The translations under genes were made by a program, and so were the position numbers. The notes beneath the pieces were generated by a model. It made no database searches and was not told the DNA's origin. It was given only the letters and a program-made list of their open reading frames with translations. From Takakia lepidozioides (taxonomy: Eukaryota > Plantae > Bryophyta), in assembly GCA_030704615.1 (NCBI GenBank), contig CM060733.1, positions 18,538,001-18,602,000 on the forward strand: DNA of 64,000 bases. The letters are read 5' to 3'. Below, piece by piece: positions 1 to 13,518 of the stretch (its first letter is position 1; every line of letters starts with the position of its first letter).

Positions 1-18
1 CGGGCGGACAAGGGGAAA

Positions 19-205
19 CACAGCCTATCACAGCCCATCACGGCGAAACACAGCTTATCACAGCCCAGCACGGCGCAACACAGCCTATCACAGCCCATCA
101 CAACGTGACATAGCCTATCACAGCCCAGCACGGCGCACACAGCCTCCACACCTAGCACCGCGTGTCACAGCCTATCACAGCTTACCACAGTGCATCACAG
201 CCTAC
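19..205. repeat. Degenerate ~30-bp tandem repeat (CACAGCCTATCACAGCCCAKCACGGCG...) inside LTR retrotransposon
   Basis: At least 5 imperfect copies visible directly; similar CACAGC-rich tract in the LTR at ~4560-4700. Confidence 0.85.
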
Positions 206-904
206 TAGGGTTACACGATCCATAGAATCAGTGACAGGTGGACGCAATAACTTCAGGAAATGGCTGACGGAAGAAAGACGGAAACCAGTTTAAAAATAGA
301 CACGTGGAAGTCAGGGCGCGACACACAGCTGAGAAGGAAGTGCAAGAACAGGTGTCATAAAGAAAGAGGACAAGAACGGCCGTCAAAATGGATGAAAGGC
401 GGGCCCATTAATGAATACGGAAAAAGGGAACGGAACAAACGGCAAGTACAGAAAAGCGAAATTCTTGTCACATGTGTGATCCTAGTGGACTATCCAGCAG
501 GGAAAGTCCACTAAAGAAAATGAAATCTAAAATCCAGTCACAGCGGTTACAGCCAATAGAAAGCCAGAGAAAGGATCAAGAAATTGGAGGGAAATTAAGC
601 GCAAGAGTCGGCGTCGTTCTGAGTAACGGGCGTCTCGACGGGACAACCATCAATGCTATAGCTTTGAAGCTATGGAGGAACTAACACTATACGCTCGCAA
701 TATTACTTACGCAGTGGCATAGGGACGAAAGAACAGAGCGGATCTTTTCTCTTGAGCGATGCTTGCAAGCCCCGCAGGCTTACAAGAAATTACCCATAGC
801 TTTTTGTGGCAACCATACGTTTATGCTTTGTGCACTACAGGCATTTCTTCTGCAGTTGTTACAGCCAAAACATTTCTGTGGGTCTAAAATGAAGAGAGTG
901 AGGA

Positions 905-3900
905 ATGGAGGAAATCAGGGTGAAGAGCACCACAATTCTGCAGAAACAAACGATTGCTACCCCACAGGCGATACAGATACTGAAGGAGCTGAGATTGCAA
1001 GGATTGCAAAGCAAGATTGGACATTGCACCATAGACAGTACATGTTACAATTTTTTGCAGAACTTTGAGCCAAGGACAGGAACAACAACGGTGAAGGGAG
1101 TTGAATTAGTAATTACTCCCCTATACCTCCAGCAATTGTTTCGATTGCCAGCAGGTCAGGTGCATGTGGAGGAGCACAGGGCAAGACTGCAAATAGGGAC
1201 TTATTCCAAGAAGGGAGTTTCTTTAAAACTCAGGGTTATGCTTGTACCAAGGCTGTACCCAGGGCTAAAGGAGGTAGGCCAGGTATTGAACGTTCTGTTG
1301 CCATGAAACAGAACCAACAGTATTTGAGCAGATCCTTCACAGAGGAAATACTCAAAGCCCTGAGAGGAGAAGAGGTAGAATGGGCGGACATAATGTACAA
1401 CGCACTGGTAGAGGAGATGAAAAGATTACAGGGTACAAAGTCTCCTATCATAGTGTCTGGCCCAATCATTGCTCAAATAATTCTTGATTCTGGCATACTT
1501 GATGCGCGAGAAAGAAAGGAGATGGGAGTGTTTGAGCCAGAAACCACTGCAATGGAAGAGCAAGGCTCTTCACACAGTGAGGGTGGACTGGCAGGGCAAC
1601 CCGAGAGAGAGAGGCGGGGAAAGACTGTAGTGGCGGATCCACTGGCTTCACGGAATCCGCATGATAATGTTTCCCAAGCTCTTGTGCAGGAAGGGGCACA
1701 GCAGCACAGAGAACTGCTATTACTGGAAGCAGGACCTTCAGAGAGGGAAGAGGAAGTTACTTCAGTATCACAACCATCACAGCCAGAGGATCGGCTTGTC
1801 ACAAGGTTACCACAAGTTGTCCATGCAGTTCAACCAGAAATAATTGATTTGGAAAAAGGGTTAGATATTCCCACTACAGAACAGGTGGTGGCAGAAATTG
1901 AGAAGGGGGACCTTCTCTATGAATATTCTGGTATGGTCAAGGACACAGTGATTCCGGAGGTGCAACGGTTGTCCAAGGGAAACCCTGCGGTGCATATAAT
2001 ACACACACCTGTGACGGAGGTACCACAGGTAGAATGTCAAGACACTGCAGCACCGGTGACGATGAAGTGGTTCAGGAAGAAAATCTGGTGGGGCAATGGC
2101 CTGAATGGTTCGTAAGGCATCACACTGTTGAGGATCAGGAGAACAGCAGCAAGCTCACCATGATGACCCTCAACAGGCTGCTTATGAGTTCCATAAGCAG
2201 ACACTTAATTTGTTGGGTACTTATGTCAAATCCCATGTTCCACTACCAATTGGCAGCTTTGAGGGAGGAACTCAGGAAGAGTTTGAGGCTCGACTTGCCA
2301 CAAGTGTGCAAACAAGGTCGATGAAGAGGTCACTCTCAAGATGCAGCAAGACTTGGAGAGTACAGAAGCGGCTTTGCAATTGGCCAAGGAACAATTGATT
2401 GAGGCAGGCCTCGCGCAAGACCACTTGCACGAAGCACATAAGCAACAGCTATACCAAATGCAGGTGAAGCATGAAAGCAAGTTGCAAGAAGTGAATGCAC
2501 TACATACGGAGTTGCAGACAGTGCATGACAGGATGGCCATACAATGTGCTACACTCACAACTATGCTTGACCAATCTACAAAGAAATAAACAGTCAAGCG
2601 GAAAAATGTACGAAGGCAGAAGGAAGAGAATGTTGAGCAAATGAAACTCATTGTCGATATGAAGAATACAATCTGTCGCAATGAGGATACTTTCAAGCAA
2701 TACAGGCAGGTTGAAGCTGACCAAGAGAGCACATCCTGGAGTTGCAACAAACGGTCATGGCCAATAGAAATGAAATCTCGGTCACTAACAAGGCTTGGAA
2801 GGAAGCCAATAATCTGCTTGCTGCCTATGCGAATTTGGTTGAACCTCATGCGAAGCGCATGGAGGCTTTACAACAGCAGTTAGATGTGTACAAACTCAGA
2901 GAGGAGCACACTCTCAGAGGAACCACAAGCAACTTGGTGGATAACCACCTTATGCAGGTCTGGTTAGCACAAGGGCCAGTGGAGGGCAAAGCACCACGAA
3001 AGCTCACCCAAAGCGAGATGAATGAGCTCAGGCTGCAAGTGCAGAACATTGCCACAACTACTATAGACAATGTCTATAGTAGGATAGCGAGTTACAGGAG
3101 GATGTAGACGGCCTGCAGACTCAAGTGGAGGACCTCACTTCAAATATCGACAAAAGAGTCTATATACCTGAGGAACAGCTAATGGCTTCTTATTTACAAG
3201 CCAGAACTTTGGCTTTTCAGTCTTCTTCACAGGAGGTGCAGGAGATGCCAATGGTATAAGAGCCAGTGCACCAACACCACACACAACAAGTCACTGTCCA
3301 GTAGCTGACCCTGTTGTTACTACGCCACACCACAGCCACCACAGCCTGAGGTATGGGGAATGCTGCTTTTTAACCCACCTAAAACTCCAGCTGCAAGGGA
3401 GTACAGTAGGGCTATGATTATGCCCTTCAACCAAATTCCCATTATGTTGGATTTGGCTTGGAAAGAATTTAGTCCTCCGCAGTCATTGGCACATTACTAT
3501 CAAATCATGCGCATTTGGCTGCCAGTGGCAACTAGGACTAAAGTTCTTCCGAACAATCGACCAATTGAGGATCATCACTTTGCACAGTACTGGCATGAGG
3601 CAGGTACCATGTTGAAGGAATTAATTGCCTTCCAAGTTGTACATGGATTCATTTATACCAAGACCAAGGAGGTAGCAAGTATTGTCATGGGATGCGGGTT
3701 ATACTACGCTGCTTGTTATCACATTGAGCAGCACAAGATGCAATCGCGCTTTCTGAGTTATTCCAGTGGGGATCATTGGGTCTTACCTTCAGTGCCACCT
3801 CATATGTACCTATATGAGGCAAAAGTTATGATGCAAAAGGATTCTCAAATTCGTTCATGGTTTCATGCGGCCTGGAACAATTTGTCAACACAGAAATTCG

Positions 3901-4408
3901 GCCCTGACGATATTTTCTTTAAGGGACATGAGGCATGGAAATACTTGCACAATTCACATTGGTATTGGTACCCCACTCACCTGGACAGACAAGGAGCTCA
4001 GGTCTTCACCAATTTTACCATTCAGCGTTTACAGCAAGTTTTAAAGTTTAAACTTCCAGACATGGTAGGACAACATTGTATGCCCCAGAGGATTCCACAA
4101 AAAGTTCGGCAGTTAAAACACCTGAGAGGATGAGGATTCTGATACAACTGTTTCTTCAGCGGACTCTTTTGACATGGGAGAAGACTATGCAATTCAGATG
4201 GCAGAGAAGAAGCGACGGGGGTCTCCTATGCCTGAAAGATTACCTCGATATCAGCCTCCAGAGGGCCTTACATATCCAGGTAGTGTTCAATCATCTCCGT
4301 CAACCAGTGACAGACCTCGGGCTCGTACACACAGTCCGCCACGAAACTCTCAACGTCAGAAAGGTGCTCGCTCACAAAGGTTTGCTAATCCCAATCAGTA
4401 AACCGTGA
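905..4408 (+). pseudogene. Long frameshifted accessory ORF of the LTR element (N-terminal globular region, acidic linker, coiled coil ~2340-2900, aromatic-rich C-terminal domain ~3360-4100)
   Basis: Chain of overlapping + strand ORFs 905-1306, 1303-2115, 2341-2589, 2742-3107, 3360-4133, 4174-4401 ending just before the PPT; no gag/pol motifs. Confidence 0.55.
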
Positions 4409-4422
4409 GGACACGGCTTTTT

Positions 4423-4436
4423 GAGAGGGGAAGGGG
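4423..4436 (+). promoter_or_regulatory. Polypurine tract
   Basis: GAGAGGGGAAGGGG, 3 nt before the TG LTR start. Confidence 0.75.
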
Positions 4437-4439
4437 TAA

Positions 4440-5170
4440 TGTTAGAGGACTGTCTGGGACTTAGACACTTTTACGGATCTGTGGGGTACCCTTAATTTTT
4501 GCACAGACTGAGACCAACAGGAGCCTTAGGGGTGACAGCAGCGCACTTTAGGGGGGGTTACACAGACAGCCTCACACCATCACACAGCCAACACAGCCCG
4601 TCACAGTCCGACACACCGTCACATCACAACACAGACACAAGCTCGACACAGCACCAGTCCACACGCACAGCCAGTCAAGCTTGACACAGCTGTCACGACC
4701 ATAGGGAACGGATAGCAGGACAGGGAACGACTGTGGGGAACAACATCTGCGAATGGAACATGTTAGTTCACGGGTGACGGTTAGTGAGGGAAACGGTTAG
4801 AACAACGGGTAGGAAGATAAAGCGAGGAGCGGGACTGGAAAATGATCACTTCTTGGGGAACTTCGGACATCACTGGGGGAAATGAGGCAGAGAGCGTATC
4901 TCTGAGCAGAAAGAGGGAGAGCACGGAGTAGGAGGAGGATCTGTTGATGCTTAATGAATGCAGGCAGTAGAATTGTAACGTAGAGCAGATTAGAGACTCC
5001 ATGGCTTCAGCCTGATACTTGATAGATATTAATCTGATACACACTTCATACTCACACTGTGTAGAGAGATCTGAGTGAAGTTGTGGAATGAATGGATGAG
5101 TTGATGGAATCCGATAGATTGATGAAGCAAACTGATACTTAATTACCAGCAGTAAGGTAACTAGCTAACA
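4440..5170 (+). repeat. 3' LTR (731 bp)
   Basis: Termini TGTTAG...CTAACA form a perfect 6-bp inverted repeat; preceded by PPT. Confidence 0.75.
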
Positions 5171-5227
5171 TGAATGCGGGAAGGAAAACAAATAGGAAAC
5201 ACCCCCATGATACACTAGCTGTAGGTC

Positions 5228-8030
5228 ATGACTGATTGTTCTGAGCGGGCTGAGTACTTAGAGATTTCCAACTCTTCTATCTTGGAGTTTCCGCCTCGGA
5301 TAGCGAAGGGATGGGTGAGTAAAAGCCGCGCGACATATGGAGAGTCTTACAAGCGTGGTTGCCAATGCTGTTTCAAGGTCCAACAATGCTATCTCGCCCC
5401 TGACATCTTTGTCCTCACATACTACAACAACATGGAGCATACAGATGCGCAAGGGAAACCCGCGCATGGGAAGTCCGCAGAGTTCAGGAACCACCCGCCA
5501 CGCCTATGCACCACACATTAGCGAGGAATTGAAAGCCTGGGTCGTCGAGTGTTTGTGCCGAGGCCTGTCGGTCGCCCAAATCATGATGGAGCATAAAGCA
5601 CGTGATGAACAACACCGGCTTGGGCGATGCATGGACCCGCGATGATTTTCTGTTGGAGCAAGATGTTCGTAACCTTGCCAAGAAACATGCGTGGCAAACC
5701 TTTAAGAAGCACGCCGATGATGCGGAGAGTGTGCGCATGTGGAGAGACCAGAATCCTGCGTCCGTTTTTTTCTATCAAGAGGAGAAATTAGAGCCAACAT
5801 TCGAGCATTTTGATGGAGATTTGACATTCACTATTGGCATACAGACTCAGTGGCAGAAACGACAAATGCTGGAACTAGGACATGACCGTATCGTTGCATG
5901 TGATGCAACGTTTGGGACAAATCATGACAAGGTATTATTCAAACGATTTCATGGACTTGTAGGAGCATGATAGCATAGTACCATGCAGCATTCACATAAA
6001 ATTTGGTGTGCTGACCCTTTCTGTATGTTTTCATGTGTACGTTGCGGAAGACCGAGGGGCAGACCCACTGTGAACCGCTGCAGACCTCATCACTCTTATG
6101 AAGTCTTGTCGTGCAGAACTGAGCGGAATTTGCATGCTCTGACCATCTGACATTGTGCATTCCAACAGTTCCCATTGTACACGTTGATGGTCTTCGACGA
6201 GTGGTTGAACAGTATACCAGTTGCCTATATCATATCCTATATCCTATCCTATCCTATCGGACAACAGACCTGGTGCCGTGGATGAGAGCCTTGCGCGATT
6301 CACTCCTCGCATATTTGCCGAGCTGGCGACCCAATGCCTTCATTGTGGATGATGCCGAAGCAGAAATCAACGCTATTTGGTAAGTCTGTTGGTCCACAAC
6401 ACCGGTCCATTGTCGAGGTCCACTGCAGCAGTCCATTACTACAGTCCACTGGCAGACTCCTGTGGCGAAACCCAATGGCAGTTCGCTGGGCAAATCCAAT
6501 GGTAGTCAGCTATCAAGTCCGCTCTTCAGTCCCCTGACAAGTCCGTTGGCAGTCCCCGGCAAGTCCGCTCGGCAATCTGCTGGGAAGTCCACTCAGCAGT
6601 CCGTGGCAAGTCGGCTGGCAAGTCCACTCAGCAGTCCCTGGGGTTGGCCGTCCGCTGCCAAGTCCACTTGGAAGTCCTTGGCAAGTCCGCTCGGCAGTCC
6701 GCTGTGGCAGTCCAATGGGGCAGTCCGCTGCCCCAGTCCTAGCAAGGGGAAGTCCAATGGGGTTATTCCAGCACATCAACGTCATGGCATTGTATTGTCC
6801 ACTGGGCGAGTCCAGTGGCTCTGCCCGCTGATACAGATCGCTGTTACAGTCCACTCCGGCAGCCCACCATTGCAGTCCGATCCCAAGACTCTAATGTGTT
6901 CCATGTGTGTTGTGCAGAATTGTTTTTGAAGGAGTACTCATTTTCCTCTGCCTTTGGCATGTCCGCAAAGCATGGGTGAAGCAATCATGCAAGAAAACGA
7001 AGGATCCGGTGACCGCTGTAAACTTGTTGAAGGATATGGGAAACCTCATGTACTGTAGAGGGGGACCACACAACGAGAAAAGAGCGCTTCGGTGGGTTGC
7101 AAGGAGAGAATCCGTCGTATGAGGTCAAATACCCGAAGGACATGAATTTCTTGACTATATCGAGCAGTACTGGAAGCCCAAAATGCAATGTGGTGTACAG
7201 CAGCCCGCCATGTCCCTCATGCGAGCCAAGACACAAACACAAGCATTGAGGCATACCATGGAAATCTGAAGGCAAGACTTGCCATGGGGAAAGGCAAGAT
7301 GAGTGGTCGTAGAGTGGACAGGCTATATGGGAACTCACTGCCGTGTGCTAACACACTACTGGTACGCAATCCATTTGAAGACCCACGGGTTCATAAGAAA
7401 TGACAAACACAAAAAGTACATATCCACTTCTATACTTGCGGCACGAGACATTCTTGCTGAGAGTGTTACTCTTCCCTTGGGTCCTGGTAACCTACGTTCT
7501 CAGCAGCAACCACCCCGGCAAAAACATACATTGTTTACAATCCTGATTGCGATTGGGCTTGTTGCACGTGCCCATGGGCAATGAAGGGAAACTTATGCAA
7601 GCATCAGGTCCGTGTCCTGAAGATGCTTCACCCTGACCTGTAGGATAGCCTCCTTGTGCGCGCTTGTGGCACGGCGCTGGGAACCATTCATGGAGGATTA
7701 CCTAACTTGCTCTTGGGCAATGGTGCCGGCGGCAACAACGAATCCAATCAGTTCATGGAAAGACATCCTCCGGACGCCTTCCCCTACGACGAGGCACCTC
7801 TGGAGGTCTCAGCCTCAATGGAACAAGAATTCGCGGACATACTTTGCATTGTAGGTGATGACAAATACCTGGAGGCACATGCCCGATCTGCTCTTCGTAT
7901 GTGCAGAGGGCAGCTCGTGGATATCCTGGTGAAAAGTGCGGCTAGAATGTTGCACCCTGCGGCAGCGAAGGCTTTCCGTCCTCTGAACGACAACAACAAC
8001 ATGTCTCTGAAAAGGAGACGAGATTCGTGA
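5228..8030 (+). pseudogene. MULE (MuDR-type) DDE transposase with SWIM zinc finger; intron-containing, with frameshifts
   Basis: Motifs IGIQTQWQ, ACDATFGTN, LMVFDEW..IPVAY, FIVDDAEAEINAI, LCLWHVRKAW, DTNTSIEAYHGNLK and SWIM CTCPW...NLCKH; GT-AG introns ~5932-6170 and ~6380-6918. Confidence 0.85.
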
Positions 8031-8899
8031 GGCCTGGAAAACCCGGCCTAGGGTTTTGCGGAGAACCAGCAAGAGGGTGTCTGCACCTGCACCTGCAGCA
8101 CATATATACTCAAAAATTTGCAAGGTTTCAGGTCGTGTAGGTGTCACGAAGAAGACAATATAAGTCTGCAATTCCTCTGGTAGCATTGTCCCTTTCTGAA
8201 ATACAGTCCGCAATGGACTCATGCATTCTCCCAACGGACTCCTCCAGTCTCCACAATCCCAGCACACTCCGGCACAAACTCCCATCAGACAGCTGCAGAG
8301 TCCCACAATGGACTCCTACACAGTCTCCCAACGGACTCCTACACAGTCTCCCAACGGACTCCTCTAGTCTCCCAACTGACTCCCACATAGTCTCCCAACG
8401 GACTCACGCACAGTCTCCCAACAGAGTCACAGTCAGCAGACTGCGAACGCCAGTAAGCCAGTCTGCTGGTCAGTCTGCTGCCCAATTCGCTGTCCACTCC
8501 GAACGTCTGCTCACCACACTTCCACCTCATCCCTGCAACTCTCCCAACAGACTGTTGGACAGACTAAGTCTCAAACAGACTCATCCACAAGAGCAGACTC
8601 AAAATGGACAGGCTCCAGTGGACTACCTCCCTAACGACTCATGCCAATCCAGCGTCCCAGCAGACTCATGGACATAGTGCCTACCAGACTAGGTACCAGA
8701 CTAGGTACCAGACTAGGTACCAGACCCACAAGTCCTAGCCTCGGCAGCATACTGCTTGCACATTCAAGCTCAGCAGACTCGGGTGCACAGTGCATAGAAA
8801 AATTGACACCATTGTGTCCATTGAGTTTAGTGACAACATTACAAAACATGCAGCACCCACAGTACACAAAAGTGCTCATCACCACTGGAATAGTAAGCG

Positions 8900-11800
8900 A
8901 AAAGACTCGCATTTTTTATTTCAGTACATAGACTTCACAGGACAAGTACATCATACTCATGAGAGCAGTTTCTCTATATTTTCCAACCCCCGCACAATAT
9001 ACTGGGCACACTGCATTCGCTGCCCAAGTGCAAACTTGAAAGTAAACCAGTCCTTCGTGAAAGGTGTTCCTCTCTCTGGCTTTGCAGTCTTGGAGACATT
9101 TCCTCTGACTTTTATCCACTCATAAAACACTTGAATGAATAACATGACGTAAAAGCCACACTCCCAGCTGAATGGTGCTGGGGCACATCAGGCGTGTGGA
9201 ACTGAAATGCTTGGACAATCTCGTGCCACTCCGGTGAGTCCATCGAGTACCCTAAGCACTCAGCATGAAGCTTCCGAATGCACCCTAAAACAAATGGACA
9301 ACTATGCGAGTCCTTGATAGAGTTAAGGTGAGTGTAACAGTCATTGCGGAGGTCGATGATACAAACACTCCAGTTCCCCTTGCAATGGTATCAAACAACA
9401 TGGCGTCATTGCACAATCATGATGGGCAGACTCAGCAGACTGACACTCAGCAGACCGACCACCAAAATGAAATCGCACTCTTTCAAGTCCTTGCCCAGTC
9501 GTTCAGTGCTAAGGCAACCTTTGAAGACCTCCAAAAGGCTTGCATGTTGCCCCACCCCCAATGACTTCAACACCGTCCACGTCGTCGTTGGAAGAACAAC
9601 AATAGTGTTGGTGAACGCAGCCTCAACCGACTTCTCATATAATCGACACCACAGCTCCAGGAGTCTATCTGTGCACTCCAACTCAACCTTCTGGAGCGCC
9701 TTTATGTCATCCGGCGACAGTCCGCATTCAAACCGTGGGTCCCCTTCAAAAAACATCAGCATGGAATTACTCGCCTTGACGTGCAGAGCATGTGCTTTGC
9801 CAAACCGAGCACCCATCCTGCACAGAGCAGACCATCCTTCGGGAAGCCTCATGTACTGAACAGACTGACGTCAACATGGTACCAAACACTCTATAGGCTG
9901 AACAGTTCATCAGCAGACTGACAAAACTAACCACAACAGACAATGATGACAACCAACAGCAGACTGACTAGCCAGCAGACTGACCACAACAGATTGCAAA
10001 GCACTTAACGACAAAGACAGACGAGGAGACTGAGCACAGTACTCACCTGTGCTGCTCCAGGAAACGACCCACATCTTTGTCCATGTCCAAGGCCAGCTTG
10101 CGGTTCTTGTTCATAAAGACGCCAGATTTTTTCTTCGCCGATCTCTTGGTACTCGGACCCTCCTCGACCTCCTCAGCATGGTCCACGACAGTCCGCTTCT
10201 TGGCTTTGCCTCTCCCCTGGGAAGTAGGGACAGCTGTAGGCGGGCTGGATAGAGCAGACAAACGCAGCGCTGCCGCCCTACTTCGCAACAGAGGCTGGTC
10301 AGCAGGTTTGTTTACACTTGCTGGACCTGACTTTGCAGCTTTGTGGGTTGAACTGACCCACGCATTGGGGGGCGTGCTCACCCCCACACCTTTCTTGGTT
10401 GTCGATCCCACGTTTGCAGCATGGGCGGAAGATGTCATGTTCTCAGAAGTAGACAGTCTGCCGACGGAGGGACGAACATCCTGTGAGGATACCGAGCAAA
10501 ATGGCGAATTAGCCCAATTTCACAATGTGCTAAAACATAAACAACAGTGCTGAAAGAGGAAATGGCACAACCTGCCCAAGGGGTGAGGGAGTAGACTCCA
10601 TGTAATCCAGCGCTATACCAGACGATGTCTGCGCCGCATGTGGTTCCTCGTCAGTGTGTATGCCTACATGTTCAGTCTGTTGCACAATGTGGGCAGTCTG
10701 CTCGGCCGCCGGTTCTTCGTCAGTCCTTTCAACTATTAACTGTGCAGTCTGCTGGCAACTCTGCGGTTTAGTCTCTTCCTCAATGTGGGCAGTGTGCTCG
10801 GTGGCAGGTTGGTCATCAGTCCTTCCCTCTGTGAAGTGTGCAGTGTGCTGGTCAGGCCGTGCAGTCTGAACTGTGCAGTCAGAGCTGAGCTGTGCAGTCT
10901 GCCGCTCCGAGCCATCCTGGTCAGTCCTTCCCTCTGTGACCTGTGCAGTCTGCGGTTCACTCTGCTCATCAATAAAGACAGTCTGCTGCCCCGCCACAGG
11001 TTGCTCGGCAGTCCTTCTATGTGTCGACTGTTCAGTGTAATGGTCAGTCTGGTGGACAGCCGGCTGGGTGTTCGGATCTCCATGGACTTGGAAAACATCA
11101 AAAACATGTATGAAAGACCCACCGGCAATTGCTTCCTCAGACTCTTCTGTAAGATCTATGATACGGTTTTGCGTTCCCAGATTGAGTTCGGTCATCACGT
11201 AAGACTCATCTATGGCTTTCGCCACTGTGCGCATGAAAACGGGACTGAGTTTTAAGGTCATAGAAGGCAGGCCACGGGTAGCTGGATAAGAATGCTTTAC
11301 CGGTGACCTGATGATGTCGTCAGTGAATGTACATGGGGGAAAAGTGGACTCGGTCAAAACACTCATACTGGCAGATCCAAAAACATGTTGTTGGGAACTC
11401 AGCAGAAATTCATCTACAGGGTCCCGGTGAGGCCAGTGCATCCGAGTCTGTTGCACAATCCAGGGAACATACTGGCTGTTAGTCTCCTAGACAGTCTGCT
11501 CGGCCATCTGCTGAGTGAGTTCGCCAGTGTGCTGCACAGTCTTCTGAGGGGCAATCTGTTGGCTGGATTTGTCGGTTTGCTGCACGGTTTGCTGAGGGGC
11601 AATCTGCTGGCTGGATTGGCCGGTTTGCTGCACAGTCTGCTGGCCATGTTCGCTGGTCTGCTGCATAGTCGGCTGAGGGGCAGTCTGTTGGCCGGTCTGT
11701 TCTCCGGTCTGCTGCAAAGTCTGCAAAGTTTGCTGCCCGCTCAGTACTGTTTGCACATACTGAGTATGTGTGTGCGGGGCAGTCTGCTGGGAGTGATCCG

Positions 11801-13100
11801 GCCTATTACTCGGGACGGTCTGGTGCACATGCTCGGTCTCCAGCACTTGGGCAGTCTGCCCACATGTGTCGTGGGGAATATGTTGTTGGACATTCTTGTG
11901 GTCAGTTTGCTGGACGGACTCCCGAACTCCTTGTAAAGCCAGGACAAGGTCCCTTGCACCTCTGGCAAAAGAGTCGAAAGCAGCCTTCACTTGCTTGTCT
12001 CCCAGATCAACTCGCCCTGCAACACATGTTTATGCAAATGTGAACTTCTTAAAAAGTTGGCAAGGAGCTGAAACACGAAAGTTGCCGAGAACATTTTACC
12101 TTCCAAGAGATTTTTGACCAGGCCAATGTCCTTGATTTGGCGTCGATGCGGTCTTCAGTTGGGGTCCCACACCACAAGACTTTGAAGACATTGGGATTCT
12201 GCAAAACAATGTCGAATACTGCTCGCTCCATCACCAATGCAAACCACTGCAATGCATCATCCACCACAAACTTCTGTGAATGGTCTGTTCCATGGAGTAA
12301 GTCCATCCTCAAACTATGCAGATCCTTCATCAACTTATTGTATGAGCGGAAATTGCCAAATTGCATCCATCTGTGTTGTAGGAAGGAAGCTACCATGCGC
12401 TCAAAGTCCTCCTCAGTCAATCCAAACAAGTGCTTTCTTCGCATCCCAAAGGTTGGATGTGCCATAGGCATATGTCTGAGGTCTTCAGGCCGTGGGTCAT
12501 CCATGAGAATCAGCTGCACAAGCAGCATTTTGGACGGTTGTGGCTTCAATGGCAACAGCAGAGGTGGCTTCCAAAACATGGTTGGCTTCCTCAATAGAAA
12601 ACTCCATGGAATAATGAAAGGGTACAAATGACCACCGGTGGTCTGCAACAATCCGGTGGAGCTCATTATGCCAGTCCAAATGGGGATTAATTTCTCCCAC
12701 CCTAAGCCGGGGAAGTGTGAGGTCTTCAGCTCCGGGTCGAATTACCGGTGATGGCGATTACCAAACTGCAAAAAACGCCGAGCTATGTGAGAGAAAGGCA
12801 GTCTGCTGGTCCACAGTCTGTTAGATGACAAGACTTCCCATTGGCATGGGCTGCATGATGGGCTCCTGGAGAGGAGTTTGCAGGATGACAGGCTGCTCGT
12901 TGGGAGACTGCTCCGTTGCAGTCTGCTTCGACGGCAGATGTCCGCATTTTCCATATTTATGACATAGAACCAAACCATAAAACGAAGGTTCCCGAAAGCA
13001 CAACAAGAAGGCAAAAATAGTGGAAGCATATGCACGATGGTGGCTGTAGTGCCGAGACAGTCCTCTCATGTTCAAGCACACGCTTCATCATCATCATGAA
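8900..13100 (-). pseudogene. MULE accessory gene: multi-exon, Q/T-rich low-complexity middle, C-terminal Ulp1/C48 peptidase-like domain
   Basis: Minus-strand ORFs 12049-12666, 11487-11990, 10530-11456, 10043-10438, 9406-9852; motifs (N)WSVCIIDL...LNS (~9310-9385) and PQ...WECGFYVMLFI (~9130-9200) match the Ulp1 H-W/D-S/Q-x-C-G layout. Confidence 0.55.
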
Positions 13101-13518
13101 CATCGCGCGCAAAAGAGGAACAGTCGCGTGCATGGAAACGCCTACCGCAACATCGGACAACAAACAACCGTCAAAAGAGAGTGTCCGGGATTTGGTGGCA
13201 AGACCATTGTCATTTTCGCAGCCCTAAAAATGGAGGGCTCGGATGGGTTATGGGAATGGACGGTGGCAATCCTGTGCCGTCAGCGGACTGGATGGCAGGG
13301 GACTGGTGGGCAGACTGGAGGACTGGCAGACTGCTGGGCAGCAGATTGGCCAGCAGCGGACTGGCAGACTGGAGGGCAGCGGACTCATAGGTGGGGGACT
13401 GGCCGCAGCGGCGGGCGGGGTGGGGGGAGCCGGGCGTCCATGCGCGGGCCCACCGGACACATCGCACGTGCCCATTGAAGACCCTATTATCTTAAAATGA
13501 GAGGCGGTTGTGTATTGA

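Larger units (their letters stand above)
1..5170 (+). mobile_element. 3' part of an LTR retrotransposon (probably Ty3/gypsy); gag-pol lies outside the window
   Basis: Purine tract GAGAGGGGAAGGGG at 4423-4436 just before TGTTAG; LTR closes with CTAACA at 5170; MULE transposase sequence follows. Confidence 0.7.

Noticed and set aside
19-205. Regularly spaced repeats resembling a CRISPR array
   Set aside because: Head-to-tail degenerate repeats without unique spacers, no cas genes, eukaryotic context
11385-11936. Leu-rich 183-aa plus-strand ORF resembling a membrane protein
   Set aside because: Antisense shadow of the Q/T-rich repeat region on the minus strand
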